Source of the DNA: a virus
Taxonomy: Duplodnaviria > Caudoviricetes
Virus record (IMG/VR): IMGVR_UViG_3300032216_001741
Location: 1-31,071 of that record
Direction: 5' to 3' (one strand)
DNA length: 31,071 bases
In this document: positions 6,659 through 16,036 of the stretch, piece after piece
Layout: every line of letters starts with the position of its first letter
How positions within the stretch are numbered: position 1 is the first letter of the stretch
Notes under the pieces: model-generated
Seen by the model: the letters and a program-made list of their open reading frames with translations, nothing else
What the model was told of the DNA's origin: nothing
The model's database searches: none
Position numbers and translations under genes: made by a program

Positions 6659-9160
6659 ATGACAACTCAAACACAATCCGGTGTAGTTAACACTAATCAG
6701 ATTAACCCTGGCTTTCCTATTGTAGGCGGCGACAACATTGGTGCTAACTTAATTATTAGATCCACTAACAATAACGTTAAAGGTTCAGTAGTTTTTGACG
6801 AAACCACACCAAGTTATGGTTCAAATTCCGGAGCAATTCAAACACAAGGCGGTATTGGCGCCCAACATAACATATCAGCTGGCGGTGCATTCATGCACAT
6901 GCCTTATGGTTATTCTGTAAACAACGTATTAGTTGCGCCAACACTCGGTGGCGACTACAGAGGTTACTACGGACTAGTAGGTACTACCAGCGTATCCTGG
7001 TCAAACGGCGTTGTTTCAATGTCATTCCAAGCACAGAATGCTCCTCCATTTATTGTAGGTCAATATATTACAGTAACAGGTGTAACTCCTACAGCATACA
7101 ACGGCTCTTGGCAAGTTACAGCATGTTCAACTAGTAGTGTTAGCTGGATTTATGGAACTAGCAGTCCAGGTGCATTAAGTGCTTATGGGTACATGTACCA
7201 ACAATGGAGTGGTGGTAATACTACTCCAACTATGACTATTAGTGCTCCACAGTTGGCCAACGGTGTGCCAGCTCAGATTAACCCTATCATGAATAACGTA
7301 ACATTAAACGTTATTGCAACGGTTAGTGGTACAGGTTCAGTAGCAACTATTCCATTTGCAACTCAGTCGCTTCCTCCGTTTGTTGTTGGTCAACAGATCT
7401 ATGTCAGCAACGTAACTCCAGTAGGTTATAACGGTTATTATACAGTAACAGCATGTACAACTTCATCTGTTTCTTATTCAAATGCTACTACAGGCGCTGT
7501 AGGTTTTGTAACCGGTGCAGGTACTGTTAGCAGTGGTTATATTGTTGGTACTAACGTGGTCAATCCAGGTACTGGATATTCTAATGTGCCAACAGTTTCG
7601 ATATCAGATCCAGCTCCAAACCCAGCAAATACTATTAACTGGGTAGCAGGTAACTTACTAGCACCTGGTGCAATTCCTCAACAATTTGCTACAACAAGTG
7701 CAAGCGGAACAGGAACAATTTCATCTACTAGTTCTACCAACTTGTCTGCTGTAGCTAGCGGTACTAGCGTAACTGTAGTTAGTACTTCGGGCTTTTATAC
7801 TGGTCAACCAGTGACAATCGCCGGCTTAGGTGCTAGTGGTGCTGGTGGTTTGATTAACGGTACTTGGTACTTTATCAGTACAGGTTCTGGTGGTAGCTGT
7901 AACTTAGCTACTAGCTATCAAAATGCTGTATGGAACTTACCATTTACATTTACCAGTGCTACAGGTCTAAGTGCTACAATGTCGCCTCAATTGCCTGATA
8001 ACATTAAAAACGGTTTTGTTACAATTGGATTCAGCAGTTTATCAGGAAGTATCAACCTTATTCCATTTTATCCAGGACAAACTATTACTATTCAAGGTAC
8101 TACAAACTCTGGTACAGTGCCACAAGGTTATAACGGATCATGGCAGGTTGTATATTGTACAACGACTAGTGTTGTAATTGCTAGTAGTTATCAAGGAAGT
8201 TTATCAGTAAACGGTACTATAACAACTGCACAAAATAATGCAAACTCACTGTTTGTAAAAGTACAAGCAGGTTCTGGTATTTACAACTACTATCAAGTTA
8301 GCTATCCAGGTACACTAGGTACAAGTGCTCCAACGCATACATACGGTACTGCAATTCCAACAAACGGATCTGCCGCATTGACTTATATTGGTCAAACTGC
8401 TACTGCGTATGCAAGTATTGGTTATAGCGGAATGATTACTCAAGGTGCTATCCATCAAGTAGGTTGCGTTACTCAACTTGTTGTTACCAATGCTGGTGCT
8501 GGTTATAACGCTCCTCCGCAAATTATATTAAGCCGTCCTGATGTTCCTGGTGGTCGTCAAGCTCTTGCAGTTTGTTCTATTGCGTCAAATGCTATTCAGT
8601 ATATTACTATCGTTGACGCAGGGTCTGGTTATTTGTATCCACCAAGTGTTGTATTCGTTAGCCAAGGCGGCTCAGTTCCTACTACTCTAGCAACTGCAAT
8701 TTCGGTTATTGGTAATCCAGGCGAAAAGCCAATTGTTTCAACATTAGTTCCTGCTGTTGCTACAGGTACCAGTGCTAACGTATACAATTTGGACTTTGGT
8801 TTAACTGGGCATAACGTGGTATTCTTAGCAACAGGTTCAAATAGCACATTTTACTTTGATAACTTGATTAGTAGCGGTTCTACACCGTACATAAAAGGGT
8901 TTCCACTAGGCCGTAGAGTTATTTTATGGGTTAAAAATACACACAATGCCAGCATTACGTTAACATTCAGTAATTTGACAGCTAACAACGCAGGCACAAG
9001 TACAAACACAGTTACATTGACTGCAAACAAAACTGCAAAATGCGAATTTATGGTGTTAACACAAGGTAACTTAATTGTGCCTGGTACTAGCTATACTGCT
9101 GTTCAAAGTTATGCAGGCGGTAGTGCTAACGATGTATATGCTACATTTACACTAACCTAA
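6659..9160 (+). CDS. Modular fibre / virion structural protein (833 aa)
   Basis: T/S/G/V-rich; three PFxxGQxIxV..V.P.GYNG.W.V modules; GxGY..xP.V repeats; APTHTYGT motif; GAIQTQGGIG fibre motif; has its own promoter and terminator. Confidence 0.8.
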   Translation: MTTQTQSGVVNTNQINPGFPIVGGDNIGANLIIRSTNNNVKGSVVFDETTPSYGSNSGAIQTQGGIGAQHNISAGGAFMHMPYGYSVNNVLVAPTLGGDYRGYYGLVGTTSVSWSNGVVSMSFQAQNAPPFIVGQYITVTGVTPTAYNGSWQVTACSTSSVSWIYGTSSPGALSAYGYMYQQWSGGNTTPTMTISAPQLANGVPAQINPIMNNVTLNVIATVSGTGSVATIPFATQSLPPFVVGQQIYVSNVTPVGYNGYYTVTACTTSSVSYSNATTGAVGFVTGAGTVSSGYIVGTNVVNPGTGYSNVPTVSISDPAPNPANTINWVAGNLLAPGAIPQQFATTSASGTGTISSTSSTNLSAVASGTSVTVVSTSGFYTGQPVTIAGLGASGAGGLINGTWYFISTGSGGSCNLATSYQNAVWNLPFTFTSATGLSATMSPQLPDNIKNGFVTIGFSSLSGSINLIPFYPGQTITIQGTTNSGTVPQGYNGSWQVVYCTTTSVVIASSYQGSLSVNGTITTAQNNANSLFVKVQAGSGIYNYYQVSYPGTLGTSAPTHTYGTAIPTNGSAALTYIGQTATAYASIGYSGMITQGAIHQVGCVTQLVVTNAGAGYNAPPQIILSRPDVPGGRQALAVCSIASNAIQYITIVDAGSGYLYPPSVVFVSQGGSVPTTLATAISVIGNPGEKPIVSTLVPAVATGTSANVYNLDFGLTGHNVVFLATGSNSTFYFDNLISSGSTPYIKGFPLGRRVILWVKNTHNASITLTFSNLTANNAGTSTNTVTLTANKTAKCEFMVLTQGNLIVPGTSYTAVQSYAGGSANDVYATFTLT

Positions 9161-9172
9161 GCAACTATACTA

Positions 9173-9203
9173 AACAAAAACCCGCTAAGGCGGGTTTTTT
9201 GTT
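9173..9203 (+). terminator. Intrinsic terminator (potentially bidirectional)
   Basis: AACAAAAA-CCCGC-taag-GCGGG-TTTTTTGTT, 12 nt after the stop of the 833-aa gene. Confidence 0.9.
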
Positions 9204-9236
9204 GATTAAAATTACTCAAGTATGAATCTTACAGCC

Positions 9237-9267
9237 ACAAAAAAAGGATCTTTCGATCCTTTTCTTG
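9237..9267 (-). terminator. Intrinsic terminator of the long minus-strand operon
   Basis: Minus strand: AAAAGGATC-GAAA-GATCC followed by a T run (GNRA loop), about 15 nt after the stop at 9282. Confidence 0.88.
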
Positions 9268-9281
9268 TATAAGCGTATTGA

Positions 9282-12200
9282 TTACGCTTGTGACTCAGTC
9301 CATGAAATACGACTGAAGATTGGGTTTGGATAACGTGTATCTAAGTTTGTAGCAAACACAGTAATAACGTCTGGTCCATCTGGGAACACACCGTCACCAC
9401 CGTATACTGAGTTACCTAAGTCCTTAACAACTGTCATATCAGCACTTGTTGAAGTGAAGAATGTACCACCTGAAGCGTTAGCATAGAAAGCTAAGATAAT
9501 ATCACCGCCAGTAACAACGTCACTTGGGTTGTGATAGATAACTTGACTTAATGAACCTGAACCTACGCTGTTAGCTGTCCATAGTGCTGGTGTAAATGTA
9601 GCACTTGCACAGTTATACTTGACTGTTACCAAGAATGGTCCAGCGTTGTAAACGTCCATCTGATACAATTTAGCCTGCATACGTAGAACAACGTCACGTA
9701 CACCAAAGTTACGAGCAAAACCGTTACTTGAACTTGGGCTTACACGCATACTGATCAATGGTACTGTTTGGTTAGGTTGTACAACCGCCGCTGTAGCACG
9801 TGGAGTTGTGAACACATATGAAATATCACCGTCGAAGCGACCGTCCATAATAGCTGACACACCCCAGTGTTGTACGTTTGGTGATAACATGATGTTGGTA
9901 TTCCAAGCGTTACTTAGTGGGTTATTACCGTTATTGTAAGTATAGTGAATACTTGCAGTTGAGTTACCGCGGTTAATTAGATAGAATGTTGAGCCGCCAC
10001 CAACTGTTGCGTTGATGTTGACATACACTGTTGTTCCTAATAAACCAACAATACGAGCATTCAAGTAACCAAAGTTAGCGTTAGCCTGGATAGTCATACC
10101 AATGAATAACTGGGCAATGATTGGAGCTGGAACGCTAGTAATTGCGTTAGTACCTGAAGTTGTTGTACCAGCAAAACCAGTAGTATTAACTGAAGCAACT
10201 GCTGTTGACTCACGATAGCAACCAGTTAACTGATTTGCACCAACAACTACTGTTGGAACTCCTGTATATCCATAACCGCCTGATGTAACAACAACCTGTG
10301 CAATTGCGCCGTTAACAACAACTGCACGAGCTTGCGCACCCGATCCGTTACCGCCAACGATATTAACTGGCGGAGCACTAGTATATCCTGCACCGCCAGA
10401 TAGAACTGGAATGCTTGTTACACTACCACCTGAAGTAACCACAGTACCAAGAGTACAAACTGCTGTTAAACCACTTGCACCAGTGGCCCAAGGAGCCGCT
10501 GTACTAGCAGTTGCATAAGGAACTGTTGTATTTTGGAAAACTGCATCTGGATTACCAGTTGTGTTAGCAGTTGTAGTAGCACTAATACCTGTGTAATAGA
10601 AGATCTCGCCGTCGATGTTAACTTCACCGTTGAACGCTTGACCTGCTGTACTTGAGAACGGGAAGAAATAACGACTTGCATCATACAAGCTGATAGAACC
10701 AGCTGTAGGACTTGCACCCATTGTAAATCCAGTTGCAGGAATTAACGCTGTGATTGGACTACGTGCTGGAGCATTAACTGCTTCAAAACGACCTGGTAAG
10801 TTACCTGAACGTTGGAACGCTAAGTATTCACGGTTACCGTGTTGTGTTTTGTGAGCATAAACAATGTCACCGTTAATTGTACGAGCACCCCAGCGGATAA
10901 ATCCTGCACCGTACCATGTGTAGTCGATGTAGATCATCTGGATCTTAGTTGCATCCAAATTATAGCCTGTTGGGCCTGTGCCATCAAATGTGTCCAAGTT
11001 CCACTGGAATTGTGGAATACGGATTTCACGTACTTGATATTTCTTAACTGCGATATCTTCAGCAAACATCTTAGTTGTACCATACACACTGATAACAGTA
11101 CTTACTGCTACGCTATTAGCTGTTTGGAATGTTAATGTTGTTGCTGTTGGGAAACCAGTAACTGGCCACATGCCGTTTGCGTTAGTGTTTGTTGCACCAG
11201 TAACGAAAATACGTGAACCAAACACAATGTTTTGACTACTTGCTACACCAGTACTTGTGAAACCTTGTGTAGTTGTAAATGGTGTGTAAATTACTACAGT
11301 ATTGTTTGCAGTATTGATACTAGTTACAAATGATCCTAACGGAATGTTTGTGTTAGCTGTTGTTGTTACAAAGCTACCAATTTGAACACCGTTAACGTTA
11401 GACAATGTAATAGTTGTCGAACCTTGAGCAGATGCGCTGGTTGTTTGGATTGTAACTGCATACAATGTTGTGTTTGGTGCAAATGTTAATGTTGTACCGT
11501 TAGCAACTTGTGTTGTAATACCGGTGTTTAAAATAGCACCAACACCAGCTACAGCTAAACCAGCTACAATACAGTTACCTGGAATACCAGTACCTGTAAT
11601 AGTCATACCTGGAGTAATACCATATGTGTTAGCTAGAGCAATAACGTTAGTTGTAGTTGTATACAATGATGTTGTTGTGTATCCTGGAACTGAACCAATT
11701 AACAATGTACTAGCTGTTGTTGTACCAACAACCGCTTGGTTGATATACAACTGAATAGTAATTGTAGCACCAACTGTACCTGAAGTATTAGTAAATGCTG
11801 ATATTTGAGTACCGTTAGCAATAATACCTTGTGCCATTGTACCAGCAACAATGTTCATACCAGAAGCTGGGCTGTTGTAGAAGTCTACAACGGTGTTTGC
11901 CGCAGTTTGAGTTGTAACACCCTGTGTCAATGGAACTGTTGTTGAACCAAATACGTATGTACTTGCAACGTATGTGTTAGATGGTAAGTTACCAGCACCG
12001 CTAATAACAACCAATTGTCCTGGAACGATTGAAGTTGCTGAGTTAACTGTGATACTTGTTGCATTTAACAAGGCAATACTTGCTAATGATGTAGTAACTG
12101 TACGTGGAATTGTACCAGTTAACTGATAAGCACCAGTTACACCAATACCACCAATACCAGCTGTACCTGAACCAACTACTGATGTAAATGTAACTTGGCT

Positions 12201-14279
12201 AGTTGTTGTTGATGCCGCAGTAGTTACTGTTTGAGTTGTACCGTTACCGCCTGTAATAAACGCAAATGGTAAACCTGCTGTACCTGAAGCCAATGCTGGA
12301 CTTGCTGGGCGATATGCCGGAGCAATGTGTAGTACGTTATCATTGATAACTTGCGATACTTCATAAACTGAACCACGGATAATGATCTTGTCGCCTGATT
12401 GTACTTGACGTGTATACTGTGCGTCAGTACCAATAACAATTGTTGAACCTGTACATACGTTAGTTGTACCACGTAAAATTGTAGTACCGTTACGACGAAC
12501 AGCATTCAAGAATGAGCCATCATATTCAAAGAAGAAACCGTTTTGATCATCAAACAATCCGCAACGAATAGCTGAACCTGTTGCATAGCCTACTTCTACT
12601 GTAGCAATACCGCAACCTGGGTTAGTATCTGTTGGACTACCAGCTAGTTGAATTCCAAAACTACGTGGAGTCAATGTAACACGTGGATCAACTGTACCTG
12701 TGCAGTTGTAGAATGGCAAATCTGGAGCTGTAGTTGATGTAATGTTACGTAGGTTAACTACAGCACCATATTGTAAACCATGGTCTTGATCTGTTGTGAC
12801 TGTGGCCAAGTTACCCGAAACGGTAATCTTAGTAATATCTTGGTTTGGTTTGAATGTAGAACTTGTTGAGTACTGAATACCTTTACCAGCTTGGTAACGG
12901 AAATAACGACGTGTTTGACGTAGTGCCTGTGCGCCAGCTACTGGGTTTCCAGCAAAAATACCAATACCGCCGTCACCTGAACGTTGAATTTGATAACCTT
13001 CTGGACGAGCATACACTACTGTAGTGTTTTGCAATACTGCTGAACTAGCTTGGCTAGCTGTAATACCGCTATAAACGTTGTAGGTAAATTGATATGGGCT
13101 TGGTGTTGACTGAATATACCATGGGCCGTTACCAGCTGTTAGAATCAAGTTACCAACATAGATAGGAGCTCCTGGTACCATGTTGTGGTTACTATAGCAA
13201 GTAACTGTAACTGTACGGCCGTCTGAGCCTGTAGTGATAGAACTTACAGGAATAACTGAACCAATACCATAACCTGCGGCATAGTAACCGCCTACAAACA
13301 AGCTAGTTCCAGCTTTTTGTAGTTGGTTTGTAGCAAATTGTTGGTTAACCTTAGGGAAATAAGCAAAAGCCGCTTGAGTCTGGTTAATGTATGCAACAAC
13401 GAATGTACCATCGCAGTATGGTTCGTTCAATGTATCTTGAGCCAATAATGGTTGACCGGCTGTTAAGTTAACACCAGCTGGTGTCAAGTTGTTAGATACT
13501 TGGAATGCCACATAGCTTGGGTTAGTAACTGTACCTGGAACAGCACCAATAACAACAACTTGTGGAGTATAAGTACCGTTGGTTGCTGTAATAGGGAATG
13601 TAAATTGTGTTGTACTTGAGCTAGCAACTGGATAACGGAATTGACTGAACACTAGTGTTGTGTTGGCAGCTGGTTCAACGATGTAAACATATGATCCAAT
13701 GTATGGTGCGATTGGCAAGTTCAAGCTACTGATAGTACCAACGTTACTTGAAACAGTAACACTTGGGTTGATCAAGCTGTAACCAGCACCACCAAATGTT
13801 GATGATAGAACGGAGTTACTTGTACTTGTATAAACTGAAGCATTCCAGTTCTGTGACTGGAAGAATTCCCACTTAGTAGGTTGGAATGAGTACTCAAAGT
13901 CAGTGTCGATCAATGACTGTGGCATTGAAACACGTAGTTTGTTAGTTGGATCTAATTGAGTTTCTGCTGGAAGGAAACGCTCTTCGTATTCATCGATCAT
14001 AACTTGTAGCTTGTCAAGAGCATTGAAAGCAACGTTGTTAGTATTATACGCTAGAACGATTGTTGTTGTTCCTGCTTGTCCACCCCATGTAGTTTGTCCT
14101 GCTACGGCTGTGTAGCTAGTAGCTTTCAGAGTTGGGTCTGAAAAGTTATATAGGACAGTGTTGTTTGTGACATCAGTGATCAGAATCAATCTTTCTCTTG
14201 GTATGTATCGTGGAATTACGATAGTGGCTGAAGAAGGAGTGAATGTGTATGCTGTGTCGAGTAATATTTTTCTTGCCAT
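9282..14279 (-). CDS. Large virion structural protein (1665 aa) with multiple inserted beta-modules
   Basis: Conserved-looking blocks (ERLILITDVTNNTVLYNFSDP, KLRVSMPQSLIDTDFEY, RQTRRYFRYQAGKG, FDDQNGFFFEYDG, IDYTWYGAG, NLPGRFE, HWGVSAIMDGRFD, FPDGPDVITV) of a type I recognise from large structural proteins of T4-like aquatic phages; GGAG SD. Confidence 0.8.
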   Translation of the reverse strand: MARKILLDTAYTFTPSSATIVIPRYIPRERLILITDVTNNTVLYNFSDPTLKATSYTAVAGQTTWGGQAGTTTIVLAYNTNNVAFNALDKLQVMIDEYEERFLPAETQLDPTNKLRVSMPQSLIDTDFEYSFQPTKWEFFQSQNWNASVYTSTSNSVLSSTFGGAGYSLINPSVTVSSNVGTISSLNLPIAPYIGSYVYIVEPAANTTLVFSQFRYPVASSSTTQFTFPITATNGTYTPQVVVIGAVPGTVTNPSYVAFQVSNNLTPAGVNLTAGQPLLAQDTLNEPYCDGTFVVAYINQTQAAFAYFPKVNQQFATNQLQKAGTSLFVGGYYAAGYGIGSVIPVSSITTGSDGRTVTVTCYSNHNMVPGAPIYVGNLILTAGNGPWYIQSTPSPYQFTYNVYSGITASQASSAVLQNTTVVYARPEGYQIQRSGDGGIGIFAGNPVAGAQALRQTRRYFRYQAGKGIQYSTSSTFKPNQDITKITVSGNLATVTTDQDHGLQYGAVVNLRNITSTTAPDLPFYNCTGTVDPRVTLTPRSFGIQLAGSPTDTNPGCGIATVEVGYATGSAIRCGLFDDQNGFFFEYDGSFLNAVRRNGTTILRGTTNVCTGSTIVIGTDAQYTRQVQSGDKIIIRGSVYEVSQVINDNVLHIAPAYRPASPALASGTAGLPFAFITGGNGTTQTVTTAASTTTSQVTFTSVVGSGTAGIGGIGVTGAYQLTGTIPRTVTTSLASIALLNATSITVNSATSIVPGQLVVISGAGNLPSNTYVASTYVFGSTTVPLTQGVTTQTAANTVVDFYNSPASGMNIVAGTMAQGIIANGTQISAFTNTSGTVGATITIQLYINQAVVGTTTASTLLIGSVPGYTTTSLYTTTTNVIALANTYGITPGMTITGTGIPGNCIVAGLAVAGVGAILNTGITTQVANGTTLTFAPNTTLYAVTIQTTSASAQGSTTITLSNVNGVQIGSFVTTTANTNIPLGSFVTSINTANNTVVIYTPFTTTQGFTSTGVASSQNIVFGSRIFVTGATNTNANGMWPVTGFPTATTLTFQTANSVAVSTVISVYGTTKMFAEDIAVKKYQVREIRIPQFQWNLDTFDGTGPTGYNLDATKIQMIYIDYTWYGAGFIRWGARTINGDIVYAHKTQHGNREYLAFQRSGNLPGRFEAVNAPARSPITALIPATGFTMGASPTAGSISLYDASRYFFPFSSTAGQAFNGEVNIDGEIFYYTGISATTTANTTGNPDAVFQNTTVPYATASTAAPWATGASGLTAVCTLGTVVTSGGSVTSIPVLSGGAGYTSAPPVNIVGGNGSGAQARAVVVNGAIAQVVVTSGGYGYTGVPTVVVGANQLTGCYRESTAVASVNTTGFAGTTTSGTNAITSVPAPIIAQLFIGMTIQANANFGYLNARIVGLLGTTVYVNINATVGGGSTFYLINRGNSTASIHYTYNNGNNPLSNAWNTNIMLSPNVQHWGVSAIMDGRFDGDISYVFTTPRATAAVVQPNQTVPLISMRVSPSSSNGFARNFGVRDVVLRMQAKLYQMDVYNAGPFLVTVKYNCASATFTPALWTANSVGSGSLSQVIYHNPSDVVTGGDIILAFYANASGGTFFTSTSADMTVVKDLGNSVYGGDGVFPDGPDVITVFATNLDTRYPNPIFSRISWTESQA

Positions 14280-14305
14280 TTTATTATTTCTCCAATATTT
14301 TGGTC

Positions 14306-16018
14306 TTAGGTTCCTGTTGCTATATCAAATGCGCTAAAAGGATAAGTTCCGTAAACTGGATTGCTTACATTACCTATCATTACTATTGCTGATATAAAAT
14401 CTCCGTACTGCGGTGGACTAGTAAAAACAACTTGTCCGGCGCTAACTGTATAGTCGCCGTACTTAGTGAATGTGTTCCACACTGGTCTACTATTATTTAG
14501 CCATGGTTGTAAATATTGGCCGTTTTTATGCACCAAAAGCTGGACTGGGTAAGTGATACTGACCGCAGTTCCGTTGTTTGTAGGGCTAAACACGGTGGTT
14601 CCACCGTTAATAGTATTGCTCCAACTGTCTAACTGTGTGATATTTGGTAAACTGTCGCGGATGTTAGACCACTGTGGGTTTTGTCCAACACCTTTGCTTA
14701 GTAATACATATCCTGATGTTCCTGGTGATCCGCTTGTGCGTAGCGCACCAGTAAAATTAATATCGCCTGCAACGTCTAGTTTGTATGTTGGATTTACACC
14801 AACACCCACGTTAGAAGCTGTGCTAATAGTCATAGCGTCTGTAGCACCGCTATTGACTGCAAAGTGGATGGCATTGTTGCCAATTGTACCAACTACTAGG
14901 TCAGTACTACCACTTAAGAAATAGCCGTATCCTGGAGCATTGATTGAACCAACTCCTGAATATGTGCTTGAATTAATACCAACTGTTGCAAAATTAGTAC
15001 TTGCTGTACCTTGATTATTATAAGCAATGAACTCTGCGCTTGCCGCACTACCTGCATTGGTGTTTTGTACAGTAACTTGATTGTAGCTGTTAGTACTAGA
15101 TACAAAGTTAGCCAACACACCTGTGTCTAGAAAGCCATTTGTTCCAACTGAAATTGCACCAATGTTTGCACTAGTTCCAGCATTAACTGCAACTGCTAGG
15201 CTTGTTAGTGTTCCAACGCTGGTTAAACTTGATCCAGTAACTGACGCATTTAGCGTTGAACCAGTTAATGTGCCAGCTGCCGCTGTAATTGTACTTGTAC
15301 CGCCTAAGGTTAATGTTGAACCGTTAACAGTGATAGTACTGTTGAGCAACATACTGTTAGTAACGCCGCCGCTGGCTAATGCTGTTTGAACGTTAGTAGT
15401 GGTAGCATACTTGTTTGTACCTTCAGCAATATTAGTTGTAGTAAGTACAACATCGCCAGTTCTTCCATTTACACTATTAACTGCTTGTGTAAATGTAAAT
15501 ACGCCAGTACCTGCATTGTAAGTTAATGCGCCACTTGGTGTTGAATTTACACTTAATGCATTAAGAATTGTAGCACTAGTTAAGAATCCAACGTCGTTGG
15601 TAAATGCACTAAGAACTGTTGGAGCAGTATAGCTGAATACACCAGTACCGCTGTTGTAAGCGATGCTACCAGTAGCACTAACACTTGAACGAGCGCGAGC
15701 TTGTGTAAAGTATTGATTTGTACCTTCAGTAACTGCTGTTGTTGTCAGTGTTGGTGACGCATTTGCTACTGCTGTTGCTACGAACGCTGTAGTAGCAAGT
15801 TGTAAAGAGTTTGTGCCAGCAGTGGCAGTTGGTGCAGTTGGAATGCCAGTAAATGCTGGACTAGCTAAAGGAGCTTGGCCAAAACCACCTACCGTTGTGC
15901 CATCATGTACAACCAACGAGTTTGTGGTCGTGTTGACGATAACTTCACCGGCTGCGCCAGTGAAGGTTGCATTATCTGCTGAACTACCTCTACGTAATTG
16001 AAGTGTGGTTTTTGACAT
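14306..16018 (-). CDS. Tail fibre protein with Mtd N-terminal-like domain (570 aa)
   Basis: N-terminus LQLRRG...FTGAAGEVIVNT...LVVHDGTTVGG (major-tropism-determinant N-terminal-like); APLASPAFTGIPTAPT...QLATTAFV tail-fibre repeat; two EGTNxY repeats; VNSVNGRTGDVVL; SSLTSVGTLTSL. Confidence 0.8.
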   Translation of the reverse strand: MSKTTLQLRRGSSADNATFTGAAGEVIVNTTTNSLVVHDGTTVGGFGQAPLASPAFTGIPTAPTATAGTNSLQLATTAFVATAVANASPTLTTTAVTEGTNQYFTQARARSSVSATGSIAYNSGTGVFSYTAPTVLSAFTNDVGFLTSATILNALSVNSTPSGALTYNAGTGVFTFTQAVNSVNGRTGDVVLTTTNIAEGTNKYATTTNVQTALASGGVTNSMLLNSTITVNGSTLTLGGTSTITAAAGTLTGSTLNASVTGSSLTSVGTLTSLAVAVNAGTSANIGAISVGTNGFLDTGVLANFVSSTNSYNQVTVQNTNAGSAASAEFIAYNNQGTASTNFATVGINSSTYSGVGSINAPGYGYFLSGSTDLVVGTIGNNAIHFAVNSGATDAMTISTASNVGVGVNPTYKLDVAGDINFTGALRTSGSPGTSGYVLLSKGVGQNPQWSNIRDSLPNITQLDSWSNTINGGTTVFSPTNNGTAVSITYPVQLLVHKNGQYLQPWLNNSRPVWNTFTKYGDYTVSAGQVVFTSPPQYGDFISAIVMIGNVSNPVYGTYPFSAFDIATGT

Positions 16019-16036
16019 TATAATTTCCTTAAAATC

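Noticed and set aside
14306-16018. Mtd N-terminal-like domain suggesting a diversity-generating retroelement
   Set aside because: No reverse transcriptase, no TR/VR pair differing at adenines and no C-type-lectin C-terminus is visible; this N-terminal domain is common in ordinary fibres.
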